64,000 nucleotides of DNA, taken from assembly GCA_964016885.1 (NCBI GenBank), contig OZ024743.1, positions 278,752,001 to 278,816,000 on the forward strand. The letters are read 5' to 3'. The translations under genes were made by a program, and so were the position numbers. Below are positions 41,701-59,700 of this stretch, piece by piece. The DNA is from Eledone cirrhosa (taxonomy: Eukaryota). The notes beneath the pieces were generated by a model, which worked only from the letters and a program-made list of their open reading frames with translations, did no database searches and was not told the origin of the DNA. Position 1 is the stretch's first letter; every line of letters starts with the position of its first letter.

Positions 41701-44700
41701 ACGCAGCTAACAACACCGCCACTACTCACTACTACCAACAATAGGCCTTCCAACGCAGCAAACAACACCGCCACTACTCACTACTACCAACAATACCCCT
41801 TCCAACGCAGCTAACAACACCTCCACTACTCACTACTACCAACAATAGGCCTTCCAACGCAGCTAACAACACCGCCACTACTCACTACTACCAACAATAC
41901 TCCTTCCAACGCAGCAAACAACACCGCCACTACTCACTACTACCAACAATACCCCTTCCAACGCAGCTAACAACACCGCCACTACTCACTACTACCAACA
42001 ATAGGCCTTCCAACGCAGCTAACAACACCGCCACTACTCACTACTACCAACAATACCCCTTCCAACGCAGCTAACAACACCGCCACTACTCACTACTACC
42101 AACAATACTCCTTCCAACGCAGCAAACAACACCGCCACTACTCACTACTACCAACAGTACCCCTTCCAACGCAGCTAACAACACCGCCACTACTCACTAC
42201 TACCAACAATACTCCTTCCAACGCAGCAAACAACACCGCCACTACTCACTACTACCAACAGTACCCCTTCCAACGCAGCTAACAACACCGCCACTACTCA
42301 CTACTACCAACAATACTCCTTCCAACGCAGCAAACAACACCGCCACTACTCACTACTACAACAATACCCCTTCCAACGCAGTTAACAACACCGCCACTAT
42401 TCACTACTTCCAACAATACCCCTTCCAACGCAGCTAACAACACCGCCATTACTCACTACTAACAATAGCGCTTCCAACGCAGCTAACAACACCGCCACTA
42501 CTCACTACTACAACAATAACCTTTCCAACGCAGCTAACAACACCGCCACTACTCACTACTACCAACAATACCCCTTCCAACGCAGTTAACAACACCGCCA
42601 CTACTCACTACTACCAACAATACCCCTTCCAACGCAGCTAACAACACCGCCATTACTCACTACTAACAATAGCCCTTCCAACGGAGCTAACAACACCGCC
42701 ACTACTCACTACTACAACAATAGTCCTTCCAACGCAGCTAACAACACCGCCACTACTCACTACTACCAACAATACCCCTTCCAACGCAGTTAACAACACC
42801 GCCACTATTCACTACTACCAACAATACCCATTCCAACGCAGCTAACAACACCGCCACTACTCACTACTACCAACAGTACCCCTTCCAACGCAGTTAACAA
42901 CACCGCCACTACTCACTACTACCAACAATACCCCTTCCAACGCAGCTAACAACACCGCCACTACTCACTACTACCAACAATACCCCTTCCAACGCAGCTA
43001 ACAACACCGCCATTACTCACTACTAACAATAGCCCTTCCAACGCAGCTAACAACACCGCCACTACTCACTACTACAACAATACCCATTCCAACGCAGCTA
43101 ACAACACCGCCACTACTCACTACTACCAACAATACCCCTTCCAACGCAGCTAACAACACCGCCACTACTCACTACTACAACAATAACCTTTCCAACGCAG
43201 CTAACAACACCGCCACTACTCACTACTACCAACAATACCCCTTCCAACGCAGTTAACAACACCGCCACTACTCACTACTACCAACAATACCCCTTCCAAC
43301 GCAGCTAACAACACCGCCACTACTCACTACTACCAACAATACGACTTCCAACGCAGCTAACCACACCGCCACTACTCACTACTACCAACAATACCCATTC
43401 CAACGCAGCTAACAACACCGCCACTACTCACTACTACCAACAGTAGCCCTTCCAACGCAAATAACAACACCGCCACTACTCACTACTACCAACAATAGGC
43501 CTTCCAACGCAGCTCACAACACCGCCACTACTCACTGCTACCAACAGTACCCCTTCCACAGCAGTTAACAACACCGCCACTACTCACAACTACCAACAAC
43601 ACCCCTTCCAACGCAGCTAACAACACCGCCACTACTAACTACTACCAACAATAACCCTTCTAACGCAGCTAACAACACCGCCACTACTCACAACTACCAA
43701 CGATACCCCTTCCACGGCAGTTAACAACACCGCCACTACTCACAACTACCAACAACACCCCTTCCAACGCAGCTAACAACACCGCCACTACTCACAACTA
43801 CCAACAATAGCCCTTCCAACGCAGCTAACAACACCGCCACTACTAACTACTACCAACAATACCCCTTCCACGGCAGTTAACAACACCGCCACTACTCACT
43901 ACTACCAACAGTACCCCTTCCAACGCAGCTAACAACACCGCCACTACTCACTACTACCAACAATACCCCTTCCAGCGCAGCTAACAACACCGCCACTACT
44001 CACTAATACCAACAACACCCCTTCCAGCGCAGCTAACAACACCGCCACTACTCACTAATACCAACAATACCCCTTCCAACGCAGCTAACAACACCGCCAC
44101 TACTCACTACTACCAAAAATACGCCTTCCAACGCAGCTAACAACAGAGCCACTACTCACTACTACCAACAATAGCCCTTCCAACGCAGCTAACAACACCG
44201 CCACTACTTACTGCTACCAATAATACGCCTTCCTACGCAGCTAACAACGCCGCCACTACTAACTACTACCAACAATAGCCCTTCTAACGCAGCAAACAAC
44301 ACCGCCATAACTCACTACTAACAATAACCCTTCCAACGGTGCTAACAACACCGCCACTACTCACTACTACAACAATAACCATTCCAAAGCAGCTAACAAC
44401 ACCGCCATTTCTCACTACTACAACAATACCCCTACTAACGCAGCTAACAACACCGCCACTCCTCACTACTACCAACAATAGCCCTACCAACGCAGCTAAC
44501 AACACCGCCACTCCTCACTACTACCAACAATAGCCCTACCAACGCAACTAACAACACCGCCACTACTCACTACTACCAACAAATACCCCTTCCAACGCAA
44601 CTAACAACACCGCCACTACTCACTACTACCAACAAATACCCCTTCCAACGCAACTAACAACACCGCCACTACTCACTACTACCAACAAATACCCCTTCCA

Positions 44701-47700
44701 ACGCAGCTAACAACACCGCCACTACTCACTACTTACAACAATACCCCTTCCAACGCATCTAACAACACCGCCACTACTCACTACTACCAACAATACCCCT
44801 TCCAACGCAGCTAACAACACCGCCACTACTCACTACTACCAACAATACCCCTTCCAACGCAGCTAACAACACCGCCACTACTCACTACTTACAACAATAC
44901 CCCTTCCAACGCATCTAACAACACCGCCACTACTCACTACTACCAACAATACCCCTTCCAGCGCATCTAACAACACCGCCACTACTCACTACTACCAACA
45001 ATACTCCTTCCAACGCAGCTAACAACACCGCCACTACTCACTACTACCAACAATACTCCTTCCAACGCAGCTAACAACACCGCCACTACTCACTACTACC
45101 AACAATACCCCTTCCAACGCAGCTAACAACACCGCCATTACTCACTACTAACAATAGCCCTTCCAACGCAGCTAACAACACCGCCACTACTCACTACTAC
45201 AACAATACCCATTCCAACGCAGTTAACAACACCGCCACTACTCACTACTACCAACAATACACCTTCCAACGCAGCTAACAACACCGCCACTACTCACTAC
45301 TACCAACAGTACCCCTTCCAACGCAGCTAACAACACCGCCACTACTCACTACTACCAACAATACCCCTTCCAACGCAGCTAACAACACCGCCACTACTCA
45401 CTACTACCAACAATACCCCTTCCAGCGCAGCTAACAACACCGCCACTACTCACTACTACCAACAATACCCCTTCCAACGCAGCTAACAACACCGCCACTA
45501 CTCACTACTACCAACAATACCCCTTCCAGCGCAGCTAACAACACCGCCACTACTCACTACTACCAACAATACCCCTTCCAACGCAGCTAACAACACCGCC
45601 ACTACTCACTACTACCAACAATACCCCTTCCAACGCAGCTAACAACACCGCCACTACTCACTACTACCAACAATACCCCTTCCAACGCAGCTAACAACAC
45701 CGCCACTACTAACTACTACCAAAAATACCCCTTCCAACGCAGCTAACAACACCGCCACTACTCACTACTACCAACATTACCCCTTCCAACGCAGCTAACA
45801 ACACCGCCACTACTCACTACTACCAACAATAGCCCTTCCAACGCAGCTAACAACACCGCCACTACTCACTACTACCAACAATAGCCCTTCCAACGCAGCT
45901 AACAACACCGCCACTACTCACTACTACCAACAATAGCCCTTCCAACGCAGCTAACAACACCGCCACTACTCACTACTACCAACAATAGCCCTTCCAACGC
46001 AGCTAACAACACCGCCACTACTCACTACTACCAACAATAGGCCTTCCAACGCAGCTCACAACACCGCCACTACTCCCTGCTACCAACAGTACCCCTTCCA
46101 CCGCAGTTAACAACACCGCCACTACTAACTACTACCAACAGTACCCCTTCCAACGCAGCTAACAACACCGCCACTACTCACTACTACCAACAATAACCCT
46201 TCCAACGCAGCTAACAACATCGCCACTACTCACAACTACCTACAATACCCCTTCCAAACCACCTAACAACACCGCCACTACTCACTACTACCAACAATAC
46301 CCCTTCCAACGCAGCTAACAACACCGCCACTACTCACTACTACCAACAATAGGCCTTCCAACGCAGCTCACAACACCGCCACTACTCACTACTACCAACA
46401 GTACCCCTTCCAACGCAGCTAACAACACCACCACTACTCACTACTACCAACAATACCCCTTCCAAACCACCTAACAACACCGCCACTACTCACTACTACC
46501 AACAATACCCCTTCCAACGCAGCTAACAACACCACCACTACTCACTACTACCAACAATAGCCCTTCCAAACCACCTAACAACACCGCCACTACTCCCTGC
46601 TACCAACAATACCCCTTCCAACGCAGCTAACAACACCGCCACTACTAACTACTACCAACAGTACCCCTTCCAACGCAGCTAACAACACCGCCACTACTCA
46701 ATACTACCAACAATACCCCTTCCAACGCAGCTAACAACACCGCCACTACACACTACTACCAACTGTACCCCTTCCAACGCAGCTAACAACACCGCCACTA
46801 CTCACTACTACCAACAATACCCCTTCCAACGCAGCTAACAACACCGCCACTACTAACTACTACCAACTGTACCCCTTCCAACGCAGCTAACAACACCGCC
46901 ACTACTCACTACTACCAACAATACCCCTTCCAACGCAGCTAACAACACCGCCACTACTCACTACTACCAACTGTACCCCTTCCAACGCAGCTAACAACAC
47001 CGCCACTACTCACTACTACCAACAATACCCCTTCCAACGCAGCTAACAACACCGCCACTACTCACTACTACCAACAATACCCCTTCCAACGCAGCAAACA
47101 ACACCGCCACTACTCACTACTACCAACAATACCCCTTCCAACGCAGCAAACAACACCGCCACTACTCACTACTACCAACAATACCCCTTCCAACGCAGCT
47201 AACAACACCGCCACTACTCACTACTACCAACAATACCCCTTCCAACGCAGCTAACAACACCGCCACTACTCACTACTACCAACAGTACCCCTTCCAACGC
47301 AGCAAACAACACCGCCACTACTCACTACTACCAACAATATGCCTTCCAACGCAGCTAACAACACCGCCACTACTCACTACTACCAACAGTACCCCTTCCA
47401 ACGCAGCTAACAACACCGCCACTACTCACTACTACCAACAGTACCCCTTCCAACGCAGCTAACATCACCGCCACTACTCACTACTACCATTAATACCCCT
47501 TCCAACGCAGCTAACAACACCGCCACTACTCACTACTACCATTAATACCCCTTCCAACGCAGCTAACAACACCGCCACTACTCACTACTACCAACAATAC
47601 CCCTTCCAACGCAGCTAACAACACCGCCACTACTCACTACTACCAACAATACCCCTTCCAACGCAGCTAACAACACCGCCACTACGCACTACTACCAACA

Positions 47701-50700
47701 ATACCCATTCCAACGCAGCTAACAACACCGCCACTACGCACTACTACCAACAATACCCATTCCAACGCAGCTAACAACACCGCCACTACGCACTACTACC
47801 AACAATACCCATTCCAACGCAGCTAACAACACCGCCACTACGCACTACTACCAACAATACCCATTCCAACGCAGCTAACAACACCGCCACTACTCACTAC
47901 TACCAACAATACCCCTTCCAACGGAGCTAACAACACCGCCACTACTCACTACTACCAACAATACCCCTTCCAACGCAGCTAACAACACCGCCACTACTCA
48001 CTACTACCAACAATACCCCTTCCAACGCAGCTAACAACACCGCCACTACTAACTACTACCAACAATACCCCTTCCAACGCAGCTAACAACACCGCCACTA
48101 CTCACTACTACCAACAATACCCCTTCCAACGCAGCTAACAACACCGCCACTACTAACTACTACCAACAATACCCCTTCCAACGCAGCTAACAACACCGCC
48201 ACTACTCACTACTACCAACAATACCCCTTCCAACGCAGCTAACAACACCGCCACTACTAACTACTACCAACAATACCCCTTCCAACGCAGCTAACAACAC
48301 CGCCACTACTCACTACTACCAACAGTACCCCTTCCAACGCAGCTAACAACACCGCCACTACTCACTACTACCAACAATACCCCTTCCAACGCAGCTAACA
48401 ACACCGCCACTACTCACTACTACCAACAATATGCCTTCCAACGCAGCTAACAACACCGCCACTACTCACTACTACCAACAGTACCCCTTCCAACGCAGCT
48501 AACAACACCGCCACTACTCACTACTACCAACAGTACCCCTTCCAACGCAGCTAACAACACCGCCACTACTCACTACTACCAACAATATGCCTTCCAACGC
48601 AGCTAACAACACCGCCACTACTCACTACTACCAACAATACCCCTTCCAACGCAGCTAACAACACCGCCACTACGCACTACTACCAACAATACCCCTTCCA
48701 ACGCAGCTAACAACACCGCCACTACTCACTACTACCAACAATACCCCTTCCAACGCAGCTAACAACACCGCCACTACTCAATACTACCAACAATACCCCT
48801 TCCAACGCAGCTAACAACACCGCCACTACTCAATACTACCAACAATACCCCTTCCAACGCAGCTAACAACACCGCCACTACTCACTACTACCAACAATAC
48901 CCCTTCCAACGCAGCTAACAACACCGCCACTACTCAATACTACCAACAATACCCCTTCCAACGCAGCTAACAACACCGCCACTACTCACTACTACCAACA
49001 ATAGCCCTTCCAACGCAGCTAACAACACCGCCACTACTCACTACTACCAACAATACCCCTTCCAACGCAGCTAACAACACCGCCACTACTCAATACTACC
49101 AACAATACCCCTTCCAACGCAGCTAACAACACCGCCACTACTCACTACTACCAACAATACCCCTTCCAACGCAGCTAACAACACCGCCACTACTCAATAC
49201 TACCAACAATACCCCTTCCAACGCAGCTAACAACACCGCCACTACTCACTACTACCAACAATAGCCCTTCCAACGCAGCTAACAACACCGCCACTACTCA
49301 CTACTACCAACAATACCCCTTCCAACGCAGCTAACAACACCGCCACTACTCAATACTACCAACAATACCCCTTCCAACGCAGCTAACAACACCGCCACTA
49401 CTCAATACTACCAACAATACCCCTTCCAACGCAGCTAACAACACCGCCACTACTCAATACTACCAACAATACCCCTTCCAACGCAGCTAACAACACCGCC
49501 ACTACTCACTACTACCAACAATACCCCTTCCAACGCAGCTAACAACACCGCCACTACTCAATACTACCAACAATACCCCTTCCAACGCAGCTAACAACAC
49601 CGCCACTACTCACTACTACCAACAATACCCCTTCCAACGCAGCTAACAACACCGCCACTACTCAATACTACCAACAATACCCCTTCCAACGCAGCTAACA
49701 ACACCGCCACTACTCAATACTACCAACAATACCCCTTCCAACGCAGCTAACAACACCGCCACTACTCACTACTACCAACAATAGCCCTTCCAACGCAGCT
49801 AACAACACCGCCACTACTCACTACTACCAACAATACCCCTTCCAACGCAGCTAACAACACCGCCACTACTCAATACTACCAACAATACCCCTTCCAACGC
49901 AGCTAACAACACCGCCACTACTCACTACTACCAACAATACCCCTTCCAACGCAGCTAACAACACCGCCACTACTCAATACTACCAACAATACCCCTTCCA
50001 ACGCAGCTAACAACACCGCCACTACTCAATACTACCAACAATACCCCTTCCAACGCAGCTAACAACACCGCCACTACTCACTACTACCAACAATAGCCCT
50101 TCCAACGCAGCTAACAACACCGCCACTACTCACTACTACCAACAATACCCCTTCCAACGCAGCTAACAACACCGCCACTACTCAATACTACCAACAATAC
50201 CCCTTCCAACGCAGCTAACAACACCGCCACTACTCAATACTACCAACAATACCCCTTCCAACGCAGCTAACAACACCGCCACTACTCACTACTACCAACA
50301 ATACCCCTTCCAACGCAGCTAACAACACCGCCACTACTCAATACTACCAACAATACCCCTTCCAACGCAGCTAACAACACCGCCACTACTCAATACTACC
50401 AACAATACCCCTTCCAACGCAGCTAACAACACCGCCACTACTCACTACTACCAACAATACCCCTTCCAACGCAGCTAACAACACCGCCACTACTCAATAC
50501 TACCAACAATACCCCTTCCAACGCAGCTAACAACACCGCCACTACTCAATACTACCAACAATACCCCTTCCAACGCAGCTAACAACACCACCACTACTCA
50601 ATACTACCAACAATACCCCTTCCAACGCAGCTAACAACACCGCCACTACTCAATACTACCAACAATACCCCTTCCAACGCAGCTAACAACACCGCCACTA

Positions 50701-53700
50701 CTCAATACTACCAACAATACCCCTTCCAACGCAGCTAACAACACCGCCACTACTCACTACTACCAACAATACCCCTTCCAACGCAGCTAACAACACCGCC
50801 ACTACTCAATACTACCAACAATACCCCTTCCAACGCAGCTAACAACACCGCCACTACTCAATACTACCAACAATACCCCTTCCAACGCAGCTAACAACAC
50901 CGCCACTACGCACTACTACCAACAATACCCCTTCCAACGCAGCTAACAACACCGCCACTACTCAATACTACCAACAATACCCCTTCCAACGCAGCTAACA
51001 ACACCACCACTACTCAATACTACCAACAATACCCCTTCCAACGCAGCTAACAACACCGCCACTACTCAATACTACCAACAATACCCCTTCCAACGCAGCT
51101 AACAACACCGCCACTACTCAATACTACCAACAATACCCCTTCCAACGCAGCTAACAACACCGCCACTACTCACTACTACCAACAATACCCCTTCCAACGC
51201 AGCTAACAACACCGCCACTACTCAATACTACCAACAATACCCCTTCCAACGCAGCTAACAACACCGCCACTACTCACTACTACCAACAATACCCCTTCCA
51301 ACGCAGCTAACAACACCGCCACTACTCAATACTACCAACAATACCCCTTCCAACGCAGCTAACAACACCGCCACTACTCAATACTACCAACAATACCCCT
51401 TCCAACGCAGCTAACAACACCGCCACTACTCACTACTACCAACAATACCCCTTCCAACGCAGCTAACAACACCGCCACTACTCAATACTACCAACAATAC
51501 CCCTTCCAACGCAGCTAACAACACCGCCACTACTCACTACTACCAACAATAGCCCTTCCAACGCAGCTAACAACACCGCCACTACTCACTACTACCAACA
51601 ATACCCCTTCCAACGCAGCTAACAACACCGCCGCTACTCACTACTACCAACAATACTCCTTCCAACGCAGCTAACAACACCGCCACTACTCACTACTACC
51701 AACAATACCCCTTCCAACGCAGCTAACAACACCGCCACTACTCACTACTACCAACAATACCCCTTCCAACGCAGCTAACAACACCGCCACTACGCACTAC
51801 TACCAACAATACCCCTTCCAACGCAGCTAACAACACCGCCACTACTCACTACTACCAAAAGTACCCCTTCCAACGCAGCTAACAACACCGCCACTACTCA
51901 CTACTACCAACAGTACCCCTTCCAACGCAGCTAACAACACCGCCACTACTCACTACTACCAACAACACGCCTTCCAACGCAGCTAACAACACCGCCACTA
52001 CTCACTACTACCAACAATATGCCTTCCAACGCAGCTAACAACACCGCCACTACTCACTACTACCAACAATACCCCTTCCAACGCAGCTAACAACACCGCC
52101 ACTACTCACTACTACCAACAATACCCCTTCCAACGCAGCTAACAACACCGCCACTACTCACTACTAACAACAATACCCCTTCCAACGCAGCTAACAACAC
52201 CGCCACTACTCACTACTACCAACAATACATCTTCCAACGCAGCTAACAACACCGCCACTACTCACTACTACCAACAATAGCCCTTCCAACGCAGCTAACA
52301 ACACCGCAACTACTCACTACTACCAACAATAGACCTTCTAACGCAGCAAACAACACCGCCACCACTACTCACTACTACCAACAGTACCCCTTCCAACGCA
52401 GCTAACAACACCGCCACTACTCACTACTACCAACAGTACCCCTTCCAACGCAGCTAACAACACCGCCACTACTCACTACTACCAACAATACATCTTCCAA
52501 CGCAGCTAACAACACCGCCACTACTCACTACTACCAACAATAGCCCTTCCAACGCAGCTAACAACACCGCCACTACCCACTACTACCCACAATAGACCTT
52601 CCAACGCAGCAAACAACACCGCCACTACTCACTACTACCAACAGTACCCCTTCCAACGCAGCTAACAACACCGCCACTACCCACTACTACCCACAATAGA
52701 CCTTCCAACGCAGCAAACAACACCGCCACTACTCACTACTACCAACAGTACCCCTTCCAACGCAGCTAACAACACCGCCACTACTCACTACTACCCACAA
52801 TAGACCTTCCAACGCAGCAAACAACACCGCCACTACTCACTACTACCAACAGTACCCCTTCCAACGCAGCTAACAACACCGCCACTACTCACTACTACCC
52901 ACAATAGACCTTCCAACGCAGCTAACAACACCGCCACTACTCACTACTACCAACAATACCCCTTCCAACGCAGCTAACAACACCGCCACTACTCACTACT
53001 ACCAACAGTACCCCTTCCAACGCAGCTAACAACACCGCCACTACTCACTACTACCCACAATAGACCTTCCAACGCAGCAAACAACACCGCCACTACTCAC
53101 TACTACCAACAGTACCCCTTCCAACGCAGCTAACAACACCGCCACTACTCACTACTACCAACAATACCCCTTCCAACGCAGCAAACAACACCGCAACTAC
53201 TCACTACTACCAACAGTACCCCTTCCAACGCAGCTAACAACACCGCCACTACTCACTACTACCAACAGTACCCCTTCCAACGCAGCTAACAACACCGCCA
53301 CTACACACTACTACCAACAATACCCCTTCCAACGCAGCTAACAACACCGCCACTACTCACTACTACCAACAGTACCCCTTCCAACGCAGCTAACAACACC
53401 GCCACTACTCACTATTAACAACAATAACCCTTCCACCGCAGTTAACAACACCGCCACTACTAACTACTACCAACAGTACCCCTTCCAACGCAGCTAACAA
53501 CACCGTCACTACTCACTACTACCAACAATACGACTTCCAACGCAGCTAACAACACCGCCACTACTCACTACTACCAACAGTACCCCTTCCAACGCAGCTA
53601 ACAACACCGCCACTACTCACTACTACCAACAATACCCCTTCCAACGCAGCTAACAACACCGTCACTACTCACTACTACCAACAGTACCCCTTCCAACGCA

Positions 53701-56700
53701 GCTAACAACACCGCCACTACTCACTATTAACAACAATAACCCTTCCAACGCAGCTAACAACACCGCCACTACTCACTACTACCAACAATACGACTTCCAA
53801 CGCAGCTAACAACACCGCCACTACTCACTACTACCAACAGTACCCCTTCCAACGCAGCTAACAACACCGTCACTACTCACTACTACCAACAATACCCCTT
53901 CCAACGCAGCTAACAACACCGCCACTACTCACTACTACCAACAGTACCCCTTCCAACGCAGCTAACAACACCGCCACTACTCACTATTAACAACAATAAC
54001 CCTTCCACCGCAGTTAACAACACCGCCACTACTAACTACTACCAACAGTACCCCTTCCAACGCAGCTAACAACACCGTCACTACTCACTACTACCAACAA
54101 TACGCCTTCCAACGCAACTAACAGCACCGCCACTACTCACTACTACCAACAGTACCCCTTCCAACGCAGCTAACAACACCGCCACTACTCACTACTACCA
54201 ACAATACGACTTCCAACGCAGCTAACAACACCGCCACTACTCACTACTACCAACAGTACCCCTTCCAACGCAGCTAACAACACCGCCACTACTCACTACT
54301 ACCAACAATAGCCCTTCCAATGCAGCTAACAACATCGCCACTACTCACTACTACCAACAATACGACTTCCAACGCAGCTAACAACACCGCCACTACTCAC
54401 TACTACCAACAGTACGCCTTCCAACGCAGCTAACAACACCGCCACTACTCACTACTACCAACAGTACCCCTTCCAACGCAGCTAACAACACCGCCACTAC
54501 TCACTACTACCAACAATAGCCCTTCCAACGCAGCTAACAACACCGCCACTACTCACTACTACCAACAATACGCCTTCCAACAAAGCTAACAACACCGCCA
54601 CTACTCACTACTACCAACATTACCCCTTCCAACGCAGCTAACAACACCGCCACTACTCACTACTACCAACAATAGCCCTTCCAACGCAGCTAACAACACC
54701 GCCACTACTAACTACTACCAACAATAGCCCTTCCAACGCAGCTAACAACACCGCCACTACTCACTACTACCAACAATACATCTTCCAACGCAGCTGACAA
54801 CACCGCCACTACTCACTACTACCAAAAATACGCCTTCCAACGCAGCTAACAACACCGCCACTACTTACTGCTACCAAAATACGCCTTCCAACGCAGCTAA
54901 CAACACCGCCACTACTCACTACTACCAACAATACCCCTTCCAACGCAGCTAACAACACCGCCACTACTCACTACTAACAACAATACCCCTTCCAACGCAG
55001 CTAACAACACCGCCACTACTCACTACTACCAACAATACATCTTCCAACGCAGCTAACAACACCGCCACTACTCACTACTACCAACAATAGCCCTTCCAAC
55101 GCAGCTAACAACACCGCAACTACTCACTACTACCAACAATAGACCTTCCAACGCAGCAAACAACACCGCCACTACTCACTACTACCAACAGTACCCCTTC
55201 CAACGCAGCTAACAACACCGCCACTACTCACTACTACCAACAGTACCCCTTCCAACGCAGCTAACAACACCGCCACTACTCACTACTACCAACAATACAT
55301 CTTCCAACGCAGCTAACAACACCGCCACTACTCACTACTACCAACAATAGCCCTTCCAACGCAGCTAACAACACCGCCACTACCCACTACTACCCACAAT
55401 AGACCTTCCAACGCAGCTAACAACACCGCCACAACTCACTACTACCAAAAATAGCCCTTCCAACGCAGCTAACAACACCGCCACTACTTACTGCTACCAA
55501 AATACGCCTTCCAACGCAGCTAACAACATCGCCACTACTAACTACTACCAACAATAGCCCTTCCAACGCAGCTAACAACACCGCCACAACTCACTACTAC
55601 CAACAATAACCTTCCAACGCAGCTAACAACACCGCCACTACTCACTACTACAGCAATAACCTTTCCAACGCAGCTAACAACACCGCCACAACTCACTACT
55701 ACCAACGATAGCCTTCCAACGAAGCTAACAACACCGCCACAACTCACTACTACCAATAATAACCCTTCCAACGCAGCTAACAACACCGCCACTACTCACT
55801 ACTACAACAATAACCTTTCCAACGCAGCTAACAACACCGCCACTACTCACTACTACCAACAATACGCCTTCCAACGCAGCTAACAACACCGCCACTACTC
55901 ACTACTACCAACAATACATCTTCCAACGCAGCTAACAACACCGCCACTACTCACTACTACCAACAAAACCCCTTCCAACGCAGCTAACAACACCGCCACT
56001 ACTAACTACTACCAACAATACCCCTTCCAACGCAGCTAACAACACCGCCACTACTCACTACTACCAACAAAACCCCTTCCAACGCAGCTAACAACACCGC
56101 CACTACTAACTACTACCAACAATACCCCTTCCATCACAGCTAACAACACCGCCACTACTCAGTACTACCAACAATACCCCTTCCAACGCAGCTAACAACA
56201 CCGCCACTACTCACTACTACCAACAATACCCCTTCCAACGCAGCTAACAACACCGCCACTATTCACTACTACCAACAGTACCCCTTCCAACGCAGCTAAC
56301 AACACCGCCACTATTCACTACTTCCAACAATACCCATTCCAACGCAAATAACAACACCGCCACTACTCACTACTACCAACAGTAGCCCTTCCAACGCAGC
56401 TAACAACACCGCCACTACTCACTGCTACCAACGATACCCCTTCCACGGCAGTTAACAACACCGCCACTACTCACTACTACCAACAACACCCCTTCCAACG
56501 CAGCTAACAACACCGCCACTACTAACTACTACCAACAATAACCCTTCTAACGCAGCTAACAACACCGCCACTACTCACTACTACCAACAATAGCCCTTCC
56601 AACGCAGCTGACAACACCGCCACTACTAACTACTACCAACAATACCCCTTCCACGGCAGCTAACAACACCGCCACTACTAACTACTACCAACAATACCCC

Positions 56701-59700
56701 TTCCACGGCAGCTAACAACACCGCCACTACTCACTACTACCAACAATACCCCTTCCACGGCAGTTAACAACACCGCCACTACTCACTACTACCAACAGTA
56801 CCCCTTCCAACGCAGCTAACAACACCGCCACTACTCACTACTACCAACAATACCCCTTCCAGCGCAGCTAACAACACCGCCACTACTCACTAATACCAAC
56901 AATACCCCTTCCAGCGCAGCTAACAACACCGCCACTACTAACTACTACCAACAATACCCCTTCCACGGCAGTTAACAACACCGCCACTACTCACTACTAC
57001 CAACAATAGCCCTTCCAACGCAGCAAACAACACCGCCACTACTCACTACTACCAACAGTACCCCTCCCAAGGCAGCTAACAACACCGCCACTACTCACTA
57101 CTACCAACAGTACCCCTTCCAACGCAGCTAACAACACCGCCACTACTCACTACTACCAACAGTACCCCTCCCAAGGCAGCTAACAACACCGCCACTACTC
57201 ACTACTACCAACAGTACCCCTTCCAACGCAGCTAACAACACCGCCACTACTCACTATTAACAACAATAACCCTTCCAACGCAGCTAACAACACCGCCACT
57301 ACTCACTACTACCAACAGTACCCCTTCCAACGCAACTAACAACACCGCCACTACTCACTACTACCAACAGTACCCCTCCCAAGGCAGCTAACAACACCGC
57401 CACTACTCACTACTACCAACAGTACCCCTTCCAACGCAGCTAACAACACCGCCACTACTCACTATTAACAACAATAACCCTTCCACCGCAGTTAACAACA
57501 CCGCCACTACTCACTACTACCAACAATACCCCTTCCAACGCAACTAACAACACCGCCACTACTCACTACTACCAACAGTACCCCTCCCAAGGCAGCTAAC
57601 AACACCGCCACTACTCACTACTACCAACAGTACCCCTTCCAACGCAGCTAACAACACCGCCACTACTCACTATTAACAACAATAACCCTTCCAACGCAGC
57701 TAACAACACCGCCACTACTCACTACTACCAACAGTACCCCTTCCAGCGCAGCTAACAACACCGCCACTACTCACTACTACCAACAGTACCCCTTCCAACG
57801 CAGCTAACAACACCGCCACTACTCACTACTACCAACAATACCCCTTCCAACGCAGCTAACAACACCGCCACTACTCACTATTAACAACAATAACCCTTCC
57901 ACCGCAGTTAACAACACCGCCACTACTCACTACTACCAACAGTACCCCTCCCAAGGCAGCTAACAACACCGCCACTACTCACTACTACCAACAGTACCCC
58001 TTCCAACGCAGCTAACAACACCGCCACTACTCACTACTACCAACAATACCCCTTCCACCGCAGCTAACAACACCGCCACTACTCACTACTACCAACAATA
58101 GCCCTTCCAACGCAGCTAACAACACCGCGACTACTCACTACTACCAACAATACCCCTTCCAACGCAGCTAACAACACCGCCACTACTCACTACTACCAAC
58201 AATACCCCTTCCAACGCAACTAACAACACCGCCACTACTCACTACTACCAACAGTACCCCTCCCAAGGCAGCTAACAACACCGCCACTACTCACTACTAC
58301 CAACAGTACCCCTTCCAACGCAGCTAACAACACCGCCACTACTCACTACTACCAACAATACCCCTTCCAACGCAGCTAACAACACCGCCACTACTCACTA
58401 CTACCAACAATACCCCTTCCAACGCAACTAACAACACCGCCACTACTCACTACTACCAACAATACCCCTTCCAACGCAACTAACAACACCGCCACTACTC
58501 ACTACTACCAACAGTACCCCTCCCAAGGCAGCTAACAACACCGCCACTACTAACTACTACCAACAATACCCCTTCCAACGCAGCTAACAACACCGCCACT
58601 ACTCACTACTACCAACAATACCCCTTCCAACGCAGCAAACAACACCGCCACTACTCACTACTACCAACAATACATCTTCCAACGCAGCTAACAACACCGC
58701 CACTACTCACTACTACCAACAATACATCTTCCAACGCAGCTAACAACACCGCCACTACTCACTACTACCAACAATACATCTTCCAACGCAGCTAACAACA
58801 CCGCCACTACTCACTACTACCAACAGTACCCCTCCCAAGGCAGCTAACAACACCGCCACTACTCACTACTACCAACAATACCCCTTCCAACGCAACTAAC
58901 AACACCGCCACTATTCACTACTACCAACATTATCCCTTCCAACGCAGCTAACAACACCGCCACTACTCACTACTACCAACAATACCCCTTCCAACGCAGC
59001 TAACAACACCGCCACTACTCACTACTACCAACAATACCCCTTCCAACGCAGCTAACAACACCGCCACTACTAACTACTACCAACAATAGCCCTTCCAACG
59101 CAACTAACAGCACCGCCACTACTCACTACTACCAACAATAGCCCTTCCAACGCAGCTAACAACACCGCCACTACTAACTACTACCAACAATAGCCCTTCC
59201 AACGCAGCTAACAACACCGCCACTACTCACTACTACCAACAATAGCCCTTCCAACGCAACTAACAGCACCGCCACTACTCACTACTACCAACAATAGCCC
59301 TTCCAACGCAGCTAACAACACCGCCACTACTAACTACTACCAACAATACCCCTTCCAACGCAGCTAACAACACCGCCACTACTCACTACTACCAACAATA
59401 CCCCTTCCAACGCAGCTAACAACACCGCCACTACTAACTACTACCAACAATAGCCCTTCCAACGCAACTAACAGCACCGCCACTACTCACTACTACCAAC
59501 AGTACCCCTTCCAACGCAGCTAACAACACCGCCACTACTCACTACTACCAACAATACCCCTTCCAACGCAGCTAACAACACCGCCACTACTCACTACTAC
59601 CAACAGTACCCCTTCCAACGCAGCTAACAACACCGCCACTACACACTACTACCAACAATACCCCTTCCAACGCAGCTAACAACACCGCCACTACTCACTA